A stretch of 63,998 bases of DNA, filler included, from Malassezia furfur (Eukaryota), in the NCBI GenBank assembly GCA_052055015.1. It is 4 parts of 4 records of this genome, joined end to end, with 100 filler letters (N's around TTAATTAATTAA, not from the genome) between each part and the next. Parts side by side here need not be neighbours in the genome. Positions count along the whole stretch, not along the records: positions 52,088 to 63,998 come from JBQJIT010000349.1; 3 more parts are not named here. One strand, written 5' to 3'. Of this stretch, positions 52,730 through 62,617 are shown in pieces (position 1 is the first letter of the stretch; every line of letters starts with the position of its first letter). The notes beneath the pieces are model-generated. The model made no database searches. It was not told the DNA's origin and saw nothing but the letters and a program-made list of their open reading frames with translations. Made by a program: the position numbers and the translations under genes.

Positions 52730-55399
52730 TCAACATTCGCCGAGCAGCATGTTTCCGGGCCAAGTTCCGCCATAGCCCCCCTCATCGCGCGACCCGGTCC
52801 AGCTGGTGAGGTCCTTGTTGTAATAGGCATCCTTGTGCCGCTCGATGTACTCCTTCGTCGGGTAGTCGGGTGGCGAGCAGCTGGTCCTGATTTTGTCGGG
52901 CTCCTGCCAGATACGCACATAGTCGATCTTCATGATGGCCGGCCACTTAAGCGCATCCCAGTTGACCCAGGTGAACGAGGATGCAATGCCCAGGTTAAAG
53001 ATAATGTACATTGGCTCTTCGGGGATCAAACGTGGCCCAATTTCGGTGCGCGGGTTGGATCCAATCGCACTTGCATTCACCGTGAACATTGGCCGCTGCG
53101 ACACAGTCCACGTAATGTAGGAGCCATTGCCCGTACCCGGTTCGTATTCGTAGCCATACTGGTCGAAGTCACCACCGGTAAGCTGGTAAGCAGAATCGGT
53201 GGTATTGACCTTGGTCGACACCGACTCTTGGTAGGCATTGCCATTGTAGTCATTCATGATGGTCTCATGCTCCGAATCGTTGTAGATGTAGTACGCGCCG
53301 TTTGTGGTGGTGATGTTGTACGCATCGTCGAACGGCGCCACCTGGTAGGACATCGACACTTGGCCATGATCGTTCGGTCCGTTGTTGGCGGACGCTTCAA
53401 AAATATCGATTTCCGGAGCCGCACGACCCACCCACGTGCCATCGGGGTGCTTGGGGCCGGGGTGGTCGGCGTTCGGGCAGGTGCAGCGGCTCAGGCGCTG
53501 GCCCGGCAGGAAACTCAGTTGCGGGCCGTACTGATCGACGTAGCGGCCCGACGTCTCGGCCGCAATGGGGCCGCCGCCCTGGCTCGCAAGGTAGGTCTGG
53601 TTCTCCAGTGTGCCGACGTCGCATGAATCGTACGAGTACGGCCACAGTCCCTCGGTTGAGGCGCCGTGGCTTGCGCGACCCAGGTTGCCCATCGTCCATG
53701 CGGCGGGCCACAGGCCTGAAACGTTGTTGAAGCCGGGTAGCTGCACACTCACTTCGATGTAGCCGCCTGTAAAGCAAAATTTGTTCCAGCTGTTCACCAT
53801 CCCGCCACGGAAGTGCAAGTTGTGCTCGGGCTTTTGCGAGAGCTTGATCACAAGGCTCCCATCCTCGGTCTTGACCGCCTCAGGATCGTACCACTCGTAG
53901 TTTTTCGTCTGCCAGTAGTGCAGGTTCTCTGCCTGCCAAAAGGGGTCTTCGCCGGGGTAGAAGCTGCGTCCATCTTCGTTGAATTCGTCACTGAACACGA
54001 GCACCATAGGCTTCCCGTCACGGAAGCGTGTCCGGTTCCGCACGTTCATAGGGGTGTCCGGGTCAATGAGCGAGGTCCGCAATTTGCTCATGTCCTGCAG
54101 TTTGGGGACATTGTGGGCGTCGCGGCCCAGCGCCAAGGCGCGGTCATGATCAGCGTGCTCCGTGCGCACCGAACGCAGCACAGGGTATCCAAGGAAGAGC
54201 ATCAGCACGGCCAGGACCAGCAGGACCATGGTCGAGACGTTGGCAAAGCCGCGCACCGAGAAGTGGTCCTTGGTCCGCGGTTTCCGCTCGTCCCACTCCT
54301 GGTCGGCGCCATGCAGCTGGTCGAGCGTGTCGCCCACAAAGACTTGCGATTGGTAGTCAGGGGGCAGAATAAACTGGTCCGTCGACTGATCGGGGAACGA
54401 GACCACCGAGTGGTCTGGCTCGCTCATGTCGCCGACGCCCGGTGCGTAGTTCTGGAAGAGTTTGCCGCGGCTCGGCGATGCAAGGGGGGTGTGGTCGTCG
54501 TAGCCCATGTACATGCCCGCGATGCTCGTGTGATCGCCTAGGTCCGAGTTGCTGCGCATCTGCAGGCGCTGGGTGTGCGCCAGCATCTCGGGAGTGTCAG
54601 GGCCGGCCTGGTGTCGCGAACGCTTGTGCACGCCGCTGGCGTGCGACATAATGGACGACATGCGCGACATGCCGCCGCCATAGCCATCTACAATGTTGTC
54701 CGTGACTGAGCCGGTGCCGGGTAGCACCGACGTTGGCCGCGAGGGGTTGTCGAGATCGTACGAGTCGATCAGATCAAGCTCAGGATCCGCGACGGCGTGC
54801 GCATTGTAGTGGGGTGTGATGGTGCCGCTGTCGATGCTCGAGCGCGGAGATGCACTGATCGAGCGCTGTGGTGAGCCGCTAGGCGGTGTCGAGTGCCCTA
54901 GCGGGGGCAGCTCCGCCGCCGGTCCTGACACATGTGCCTGATACGGCGCATTTTTGGCAAGCGGGGACGAGAAGGGGCCCTGCCGTGGGTTCGGCGTCGC
55001 ACCAGAGCCATACGCCTCAGCGTATACGACCTCTGGCGAGCCGAGCACGGGCGAAATCCCTGTGCTGGCCGTCGGAGACTGTGTCTGCAGCGGGTGCTGC
55101 TGGTGCGGACGGAGCGGCGTGCGGGACGACCAGAGCGCCTCAGGCATGGTAGGTGTCGCTTGTGCCTCGTATGGGCTCTGCATGGCCGTTGACGGGCGGC
55201 TGCCACCGAGCGCCTCGCCAAGCACGCTGTGCTGCGGCCCCTCGTCGTCGCTGTCGAAGACATCGCCGTAGGCGTCCACGATCGACCGGTTGTCGTCGTT
55301 TACATCCGCGTTCAGCTGAGACGTCGCCCGGCTGTCCGGATCGATTCCCCATGCCCCACCTGGGGGTTCTGCGGACCTGTGCGATGCAGGACCTGCCAT
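52730..55399 (-). CDS. KRE6: Second Kre6/Skn1 paralog with long disordered N-terminus
   Basis: LVFSDEF, SWNKFCFTGG, APEIDIFE, MKIDYVRIWQ; single TM. Confidence 0.92.
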   Translation of the reverse strand: MAGPASHRSAEPPGGAWGIDPDSRATSQLNADVNDDNRSIVDAYGDVFDSDDEGPQHSVLGEALGGSRPSTAMQSPYEAQATPTMPEALWSSRTPLRPHQQHPLQTQSPTASTGISPVLGSPEVVYAEAYGSGATPNPRQGPFSSPLAKNAPYQAHVSGPAAELPPLGHSTPPSGSPQRSISASPRSSIDSGTITPHYNAHAVADPELDLIDSYDLDNPSRPTSVLPGTGSVTDNIVDGYGGGMSRMSSIMSHASGVHKRSRHQAGPDTPEMLAHTQRLQMRSNSDLGDHTSIAGMYMGYDDHTPLASPSRGKLFQNYAPGVGDMSEPDHSVVSFPDQSTDQFILPPDYQSQVFVGDTLDQLHGADQEWDERKPRTKDHFSVRGFANVSTMVLLVLAVLMLFLGYPVLRSVRTEHADHDRALALGRDAHNVPKLQDMSKLRTSLIDPDTPMNVRNRTRFRDGKPMVLVFSDEFNEDGRSFYPGEDPFWQAENLHYWQTKNYEWYDPEAVKTEDGSLVIKLSQKPEHNLHFRGGMVNSWNKFCFTGGYIEVSVQLPGFNNVSGLWPAAWTMGNLGRASHGASTEGLWPYSYDSCDVGTLENQTYLASQGGGPIAAETSGRYVDQYGPQLSFLPGQRLSRCTCPNADHPGPKHPDGTWVGRAAPEIDIFEASANNGPNDHGQVSMSYQVAPFDDAYNITTTNGAYYIYNDSEHETIMNDYNGNAYQESVSTKVNTTDSAYQLTGGDFDQYGYEYEPGTGNGSYITWTVSQRPMFTVNASAIGSNPRTEIGPRLIPEEPMYIIFNLGIASSFTWVNWDALKWPAIMKIDYVRIWQEPDKIRTSCSPPDYPTKEYIERHKDAYYNKDLTSWTGSRDEGGYGGTWPGNMLLGEC

Positions 55400-55673
55400 C
55401 GTCGCCTCGGTGCGGGATCGGCTGTGCTATCCGTTAAAGGATCGCCTAGGGCGGTTGCACACCCACAACACCCTGACAAAGCTTGACTTTCTGCTGACTA
55501 ATTGTTGTGGTGCGTAGGTCAGCACAGATGCGCCGTCAATTGGCTCGGACCCTGCCGCGCGCAGCAGCTGCCACGCAAGGGCCCTGGAGGGACTGGTCAG
55601 GCGCAACGTGCCACGCGCACAGAAAGGGCGCTTGCCTCGTGCGACCAAAAAAAAAATGTGGGTGTGCAGAAGC

Positions 55674-57440
55674 ATGCTGCGGCTCGCAGCAGCCCGTGTC
55701 GCGCCGCGGACGTGCGCGTACCCAACCGTGGGGTGCGGGGCCCGCTGGCTCACCACCGCGCCCCCCACGGATGCGGCAGCGCACCCGCCCCTGGCGCCGG
55801 CACCCAGCGAGGCGTTCCAGCGACTAGGGCTGTCGCCCAACCTGAGCACGCACTTGGTCACTGCGCTGCCGCACATCACGGCGCCCACGCGCACACAAGA
55901 GGCGCTCATCCCCGCCGTGCTGTCGCCCACGGACGTGGTGCTGCGCGCGCATACCGGCTCAGGCAAGAGCTTTGCGCTGCTCCTCGCGCTCCTGTCCAAG
56001 CCGCGCCTCCTCTTCCGACATGCCGGCGGCGCACCGCAGGCGGGCGTCTCGGCGTGGATCGTCGTGCCCAGCAACGAACTTGCCGAGCAGTACATGGCGT
56101 GGGCACGCGCCATGCTCCCCCGCGAGCTCTCCGATACCCTCACGGCTGTGATCCAGTGCGTGGTGCGCGGCGGCGAAACCGACCTACAGCTTGCGCGGCT
56201 CCGCGACGCGCCGCCGCACATTGTCATCGGCACACCGACGCGCCTCCTCGAGATCCTCGGCACGCCGCACGGCGAGACGCTGCTTGGCCTCTCGACGCTG
56301 CGCACGCTCGCCCTGGACGAGGCCGATGCACTCCTGCAGCTCCCCGGGCGCTTCCCCAGCGAGAAGCAGGTGTGGCGCCACCTTGCACACCGCGCGCCGG
56401 GCCTCGAGCTGCTCAACTATGTCATGCAGCGCCGCGCGACCTACTCGGGCGGCGAGCGGCAGCCGACCGTCGGGCTCGAGCGCAGCGATGCGCGCCGCCC
56501 CCCGGAGCCGGTACGCCGCACGCAGTACCGCGGCGCAGAGCGCTCGCATGGCCTCGCGACGCCGCGCGCACGCACACCCGGCACCGTGCCGCTGCAGCTG
56601 ATCTGCACGAGCGCGACAGCCAACTCGGTGCTGCGTCACTTTCTGGGCGCCCGCACCGGGTGGCTGCGTACCAACCTGCGCGAGACCAAAGACACTGCCG
56701 TGTACCTCGACCAGACCGGCATGAACAGCGGTGCGCCTGCTTCGGCGGCACTCCCGCGCGAGATCGAGCACACGTGCCTTGTCGTCGATGCACCGGTCGA
56801 CAACGGCGAGGCGGCGTCGGGCGCGCTGCAGCTGCCGGCGCTGCGCAATGCCACGGCGGTGCACCGCGGCGCAGGGCCCGACGCGCTGCGTCCCGACCGC
56901 GCGGTGGTGGCAGCCTCCGATGCCCCTGCCGAGCACGCCATTGATCCGCTCTTGCTCGAAGCGCTTGCATTTGCGTTCGCTGCGGACGGCGTCGCGCGCG
57001 GTTTGGCACTCATCCCGCCGCGCTGGAGCCTGCGCAAGACGCAGGCGGCGCTCGAGGCGCTCGGCGTTCCCGTCCAGCCGATCGTGCCGGGTGAGCGGGC
57101 CACGGAGCGCACCGAGCCCGTGCTCTACCTGCTACAAAGCAGCAGCGCGCGCGGACTCGACGTGCCGCATCTCTCGCACGTCTTCCTGGTCGGCCTACCG
57201 GCCGTGGGCGACGCGGTGCATTATACCCATGTGGCTGGCCGCGTGGCGCGCATCGGCTCGGGCGCCGACAGCGCCGAGCGCGCGCCAGGCAAGGTGGTGA
57301 CGCTGCTGCGCGGCCACAACCAGCCTGGCACCGAGGCCGTGTCCAGCGCCGAGCACCGCCTTGCGACGCTCTATCGGCGCCTCGGTGTGGTGCCGCGCGT
57401 GTTTGATCTGTCGCTGTTGGATGCGCGTCACGAATCATAG
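55674..57440 (+). CDS. Divergent DEAD-box RNA helicase, probably mitochondrial
   Basis: Presequence-like start, Q motif PTRTQ, HTGSGKS, GTPTRL, DEAD, SAT, ARGLD, HVAGRVAR. Confidence 0.8.
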   Translation: MLRLAAARVAPRTCAYPTVGCGARWLTTAPPTDAAAHPPLAPAPSEAFQRLGLSPNLSTHLVTALPHITAPTRTQEALIPAVLSPTDVVLRAHTGSGKSFALLLALLSKPRLLFRHAGGAPQAGVSAWIVVPSNELAEQYMAWARAMLPRELSDTLTAVIQCVVRGGETDLQLARLRDAPPHIVIGTPTRLLEILGTPHGETLLGLSTLRTLALDEADALLQLPGRFPSEKQVWRHLAHRAPGLELLNYVMQRRATYSGGERQPTVGLERSDARRPPEPVRRTQYRGAERSHGLATPRARTPGTVPLQLICTSATANSVLRHFLGARTGWLRTNLRETKDTAVYLDQTGMNSGAPASAALPREIEHTCLVVDAPVDNGEAASGALQLPALRNATAVHRGAGPDALRPDRAVVAASDAPAEHAIDPLLLEALAFAFAADGVARGLALIPPRWSLRKTQAALEALGVPVQPIVPGERATERTEPVLYLLQSSSARGLDVPHLSHVFLVGLPAVGDAVHYTHVAGRVARIGSGADSAERAPGKVVTLLRGHNQPGTEAVSSAEHRLATLYRRLGVVPRVFDLSLLDARHES

Positions 57441-57462
57441 GATGTACATAGATCTACGCCCA

Positions 57463-58040
57463 CTAATGCCCCGGCTTGGCACCGTCCACGTACATGTTGC
57501 GCGTCGCAGCGGGGAGCTGCACCGACATGCCGTCCATGTCCTTGCTCACCTTCACCTGGCACCCCAGGCGCGACGTGTCGGTCAGCCCGAACGCCAGGTC
57601 GAGCATGTCGTTCTCGTCGTCCCCAGGCTCCTCGAGCTTGTAAAAGGTGTCCTCGTCCAAAATAACGTGGCACGTCGAGCACGCGATCGAGCCCTCGCAG
57701 GCACCCTCGAGGTCAATGTCGTACTCGTGGGCGATGCTGAGGATATCGTCGCCCTCGTTCGCCTCCACGGTCTTGAGCGGGTTCCCGTTCGAGTCCTTGA
57801 AGTGGATCTTGATGCTGCGTCAGTGTCGCGCACACGCACCCCTCGCCGGGCTTGGGTCGCTGGATGCCCTCGTGCAGGGTCGCTGCGTTAGAAGGCGCGC
57901 GCGCCACAGAACGTACGAAGCGTCGTCGTGAATGGCCGCATGTGCGCGGTCCGCAGCACGGGTATCGCATGCGGCACACTCGCAGTCCTGCCCGCCCATC
58001 GGGGCAGCGCCAGGAGCGGGCGGCGCAGTAGAACGTGCAT
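57463..58040 (-). CDS. YAH1: Mitochondrial [2Fe-2S] ferredoxin, intron 57815-57839
   Basis: EGACEGSIACSTCHVI, DMLDLAFGLTDTSRLGCQ. Confidence 0.95.
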
Positions 58041-58151
58041 GCTGAGTGGTGCGAAGGTCGGCGACGGAAAAAGCGTCGGTGCGGCGAAATGGCCACTTTT
58101 CGATTTGTCAGCACGCGTCAGGAACCTACCCCCGCGCCCCTTCCCCACGCC

Positions 58152-59504
58152 ATGGCACGGACCGCGCTCCGGCCGCCCCTGGTGGGCATGGTCGCGTGGA
58201 TCACCTTAAGCGTGTTCCAGTTTGGCTACGGCATCTCGGAGCTGAATGCCATCGAATCACAATTTACGTGCCACAACGCGCCGGGGTGCCTCGGCCTGTC
58301 GGAAAACGCGTTTGGGCTTATCACGACCATGTTTACCGTCGGCGGCGCGCTCGCCTCGCTAGGGTGCGGCAGCGCCGCGCGGTACGCCCAACTGGGTCGT
58401 AAGGCATCGCTGCAGGTCAGCGCTGCATTTTCTTTCCTGGGTGCCGCGTTGCTCGGGAGTACCGCATCCCTTACCCTGCTTTCCACCGGCCGGTTCTTGC
58501 AGGGCATAGGCGCTGGCATCGGCGTCGTCCAAGTGCCGCTCTACCTCCAAGAGATCGCCCCGCCATCGCTCGCGGGCGAAATCGGCATCCTAAACCAGGT
58601 CGCCGTCGTGACAGGCATTTTTGCGGCCCAGGCCTTTGGCACCCTCGCCGCGGCGCACCCCTCGTCCTGGCAATCGGTGCCGCAAATCAGCGCCGCAATC
58701 GCGCTTGGCCAGTTGTTCGTCGGTGCATTGTGGGTATGCGAGAGCCCGGGATGGCTCGAGGGCGAGGGCGCTCACGTTGCGGTCGCCGCGCACGCACCTT
58801 CCCCCGCCGATCTCCGTGCGCGCTTGTGGGGTCGCGAAACGTACCAGACGCTACCCGTCACAACCGAGCCGGCAGCCCCGACGGCGCCTGCGCCCGGCTG
58901 GCGCGCAGATCCACAGTTTCGGCGCGGCATGTGGATTGTGGCTTTGACTCAGATGGCGCAGCAGTTCAGCGGAGTGAATGCCATCCTCTACTACAGCACC
59001 GACATCCTCTCCCAACTCATGCCGAATCTCGCACGCATCGTCGGCCTGCTCATTACCGTTGTGAATGGCGTGATGACCTTCCCCCCCATTGTGCTCATCT
59101 CCGAGAGGCGCGTGGGTCGCAAGTCGTTGCTCGTCGGCTCGGCCGCGGGGATGGGCATCTTTTGCCTGTTGCTCGCTTACAGCCTGTGGAGCGCCCACGC
59201 ACTCGGCAGTGCGATTGCGATCTTGTGCGTGATTGCGTGTTTCTCGATGGGGCTCGGACCCGTGCCGTTTGTTATTCTGCCCGAAGTGATTCCCGCGGCC
59301 TATGTGTCGCTCGGCTCGTCGTTTGGACTAGGGATCAACTGGGCATCCAACATCGTGGTGGCCGCGTCCTTCCCGCCGCTGCGCAAGGCACTCGGCGCGC
59401 TCGATGGACAAACGGGCGGCCTCGTTTTTCTGCTATTTGGCGTGGCCAATCTTGCGTTTGCCGCATGCATCGCGCGGGACTACCGGTACGAGGGGGATAG
59501 GTGA
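58152..59504 (+). CDS. MFS sugar-porter family transporter (Vps73-like)
   Basis: QFGYGISELN, GRK loops, QQFSGVNAILYYS, GLGPVPF. Confidence 0.88.
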   Translation: MARTALRPPLVGMVAWITLSVFQFGYGISELNAIESQFTCHNAPGCLGLSENAFGLITTMFTVGGALASLGCGSAARYAQLGRKASLQVSAAFSFLGAALLGSTASLTLLSTGRFLQGIGAGIGVVQVPLYLQEIAPPSLAGEIGILNQVAVVTGIFAAQAFGTLAAAHPSSWQSVPQISAAIALGQLFVGALWVCESPGWLEGEGAHVAVAAHAPSPADLRARLWGRETYQTLPVTTEPAAPTAPAPGWRADPQFRRGMWIVALTQMAQQFSGVNAILYYSTDILSQLMPNLARIVGLLITVVNGVMTFPPIVLISERRVGRKSLLVGSAAGMGIFCLLLAYSLWSAHALGSAIAILCVIACFSMGLGPVPFVILPEVIPAAYVSLGSSFGLGINWASNIVVAASFPPLRKALGALDGQTGGLVFLLFGVANLAFAACIARDYRYEGDR

Positions 59505-59529
59505 ATCGTGGATTGACTATCAACGTACA

Positions 59530-61254
59530 TCAACGCAATGAGCGCGGCGCCGCCGCGCCCGATGCGGCTCCTGGGCGTGCAGCGCTCATCATACCCTTGT
59601 AGCTCGAGCCTAGGATTCCGCGCTGGGCTGTGCCCTTGCTAAGCTCCGTAGGCTGCTCAAACACTCGCCAGAACTTGAGACTCTCGTCGCTGCCGACTGT
59701 CGCGAGGCACTGCCCGTCGGGACTGAGGCTCGTGTGCAGAATGCGCCCGTCGTGCGCCGCAGGCACCTCGGCCACCTTCTGGCCCGAGGGATGCGCCCAC
59801 ACACACAGGGCGCCCTCGTTGCTCTCTGCGTTGCTCACGCCATGTGACGAGACAATCTCGCGGTAGTGCGGCGCCCATTGTAGCGATGTAATTTGTGCAT
59901 TGGTCTGGATCGTCTGCACACGAGTGTTTTGGGTCGTGTTCCAAAAATGAATGCACCGATCGGCACTGCCGCCGCCGGTCGCAAGCAGACTGCTGTTGTG
60001 CGGCGACCATGCCAGCGCTTTGACGGCCGCATTGTGGTTCTCCTTGCGCATCTTGGCCACCGACGTGCGCCGGTCCCACACCTTGACCACATTGTCGTTG
60101 CCGCCGGACGCCAGCAGCGCACTGTCGGCGCGCCAGGCGAGGCCACACACCTGCGCGGCATGCGCACGCTCGAGCGAGCGCGTAACTGAGTCACGCTGGC
60201 GCACGTCGTGCTCCCGGATCAGGCCGCTCGCGTAGCCGACGTTGAGTGTTCCATCGGGCGCCCATGCGAGCGCATTGATGGTGCTCGCATCCGACCCCCC
60301 ATTGGGGTCCGGGCGGAGCGTGCGCAGCCGTGCACCCCGGTTCACGTCCCAGATCTGCGTGTAGCCGCGGTCGGTGCCGACGGCGAGAATGTTGCCGTCG
60401 GCGTCCCAGCGCAACGAGGTCACCAGTCCCCCCCCGCCGACGCGCTCGCTCTCCTCCTCGAGGTCGAGCAGGAAGTTGGCCTCGCCCGTCTCGCTGTTCC
60501 ACGTGTGCACGGCTGACTGCAGCGCAATCGCAATCACATTTTGCGTGGACCAGTGCAAAAGATTGTAGTAAAAGTCGGGCACGATGGCCGGCGCATCCAG
60601 CACGCGTTCCGGCGCCGTAGGGATGCGACGGCGCCCGGCGGCCATGAGGCTCGACGGCAGCGTGCTCTTCTTGGTCGCATACCGTGAGCGAACATCCTTG
60701 TTGCTCGACATGGCGCTCGGTGGCGCGGCAGAAAACGAGAGAATCCGCTGCCCATGCTCGACGTGGCAGACCTCTTCGAGCCCCGCGTGTGCATCGACAT
60801 CCGTGAGCGACGAGGCTGACGACGAAATGGAGTCGGAGCGCTCCACGCGCTGCATTGTTGCCAAGCTCTCCCCCGCGCCGTCCTCCAGGAACGGCTGCGA
60901 GGCGGAGCCGGTTGCGCGGCTCAGCTCGCGGTTGGGGATGTACCGGTCACCTCGCTGCACCGACACGGACGCGGCCGAGCGCCGACGCCCAAGGGTGACG
61001 TCCGGCCCATCCCAGTCCTTGGAAACGATACCACGCGTATCCTCCAGACCGACGGGGACCATATCCTCCTTCTCGCGGCGCGACTTGGGCGCCGCGAGCT
61101 TGGCGGGCTTGGCGCGGATCGGCGAGGTATTCATGCGCGCCTGGCGCACGTTGGCCGACACATCCGCAAGAGGGGAGTCCAGCCCCATAGAGGCCATGCT
61201 ACGCGCAAGCGCGGCCGTGGAGCCTTTGCTCCGGGTCGGTGTCGATGGGCCCAT
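59530..61254 (-). CDS. CDC20: APC/C activator Cdc20/Fizzy; start codon uncertain
   Basis: C-box DRYIPNR, RILSF motif, ERVLDAP, WD40 propeller, C-terminal LR tail. Confidence 0.9.
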   Translation of the reverse strand: MGPSTPTRSKGSTAALARSMASMGLDSPLADVSANVRQARMNTSPIRAKPAKLAAPKSRREKEDMVPVGLEDTRGIVSKDWDGPDVTLGRRRSAASVSVQRGDRYIPNRELSRATGSASQPFLEDGAGESLATMQRVERSDSISSSASSLTDVDAHAGLEEVCHVEHGQRILSFSAAPPSAMSSNKDVRSRYATKKSTLPSSLMAAGRRRIPTAPERVLDAPAIVPDFYYNLLHWSTQNVIAIALQSAVHTWNSETGEANFLLDLEEESERVGGGGLVTSLRWDADGNILAVGTDRGYTQIWDVNRGARLRTLRPDPNGGSDASTINALAWAPDGTLNVGYASGLIREHDVRQRDSVTRSLERAHAAQVCGLAWRADSALLASGGNDNVVKVWDRRTSVAKMRKENHNAAVKALAWSPHNSSLLATGGGSADRCIHFWNTTQNTRVQTIQTNAQITSLQWAPHYREIVSSHGVSNAESNEGALCVWAHPSGQKVAEVPAAHDGRILHTSLSPDGQCLATVGSDESLKFWRVFEQPTELSKGTAQRGILGSSYKGMMSAARPGAASGAAAPRSLR

Positions 61255-61376
61255 GAGAAGGAGGGAAGACGGCGCGCCGTGTGCTTCGTCTGCGTCGGCA
61301 CCTCCACATGGAGATGTTGGTCCAACATCTCTTGCCTTACGTAACCAAACCACTACGGAGGGAGCGGCCAGCGCAC

Positions 61377-62488
61377 TCAGGCCGCACGCGTCTGGGTGAG
61401 CGGCGCGGCGCGGTCCGCTTGGCCTTGCTGGTCGTTCGCCTGGTATCCGCTTGGTGCGCCGAGCTCAGTCGAGCCAGGGTAGGGGTTCGAGATCGCGGCG
61501 CTCGTGGTAAAGTACGGGTGACGCAGCGCCTCGTCCGCACTGATCCGCTGCGACGGATCAAAGGTGAGCAGTTTCTCGAGTAGATCAATCGCTTTCAGTT
61601 AGTCGCGCCACGTACCAAGCGGGTGCACCTTAGGGTAGAGCGTCTGGAACGGCACTTTGGGCATACGTGCGAGCGGCCTGTACTGGATCTCGGGCGAGTC
61701 GTTCAAAATCCGCTTGATGGTATTGTCGTCGGGGGTGCCGAGAATGCGGATGATCTGGTTGAGTTGATCGTTGTTATCGCGGCCACGGAAGATGGGGATA
61801 CCGCTAATCATTTCGGCCATGATACACCCCGCCGACCACACGTCGATGCTCGTCGAATACGTGCGGCTGCCGAGCAGCACATCGGGCGCGCGGTACCACA
61901 GCGTCACGACCTCGTTGCTGAACGTGTTCACCGGGATGCCGAATGCTCGCGCGAGACCAAAGTCGGCGAGTTTAAGCTCGCCGCGCTTGTTGATCAGCAG
62001 GTTCTGCGGCTTGAGATCGCGATGCAGAACGCGGTTCTCGTGGCAGAAGGCGGTGCCCTTGAGCAGCTGGAACATGAAGCTGCGCACAGTGGCCGGGTCA
62101 AGTGCACCTCGGTTCCCGTGCACGTCCATGTACCGCTTCAGGTCCTGCTCCATGAACTCGAACACGAGCATCAGCTTCGACTCGGTATGAATCACGTCGT
62201 GGAGGCGCACGACGTTCGTATGGCGCAGCTCCTTCATGAGCGAGATCTCGCGGATCGCCGTGGACGGAGTACCCTCCTCGGCATCGAGGTGGATGTCCTT
62301 CAGCGCGACGATCTCGTTGGTGAGGCGCGAACGGCCCTGGGTCAGTCGGGCAGCGACGCACCTTGTATACAGTGGCGTACGTGCCTTCGCCTGCGGTTAG
62401 CTGTGCTGCAAGAGCGACCTACCGAGCTTCTCAAGCTCTGTGTGCGTTAGTGACCTGCAACAAGCGCATACGTACGGACGTAGTTCAT
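61377..62488 (-). CDS. PHO85: Cyclin-dependent kinase Pho85, four introns
   Basis: Spliced [48 protein letters not shown]. Confidence 0.93.
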
Positions 62489-62617
62489 CTTCGCCACGGC
62501 GCCGCACGGAACCGGTGGGCGCGACGCTCGGGTGTTTGGTGTTGCTGACCGCCGCTGACTAAATTTCTCGCCGCCCGAAAATTTTTGTGCGGCCCCGTTT
62601 CGAGTGTGACGACGACG

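Noticed and set aside
26377..55399. Two KRE6 paralogs as a cell-wall cluster
   Set aside because: They lie on different contigs, and KRE6/SKN1 multigene families are normal in basidiomycetes.
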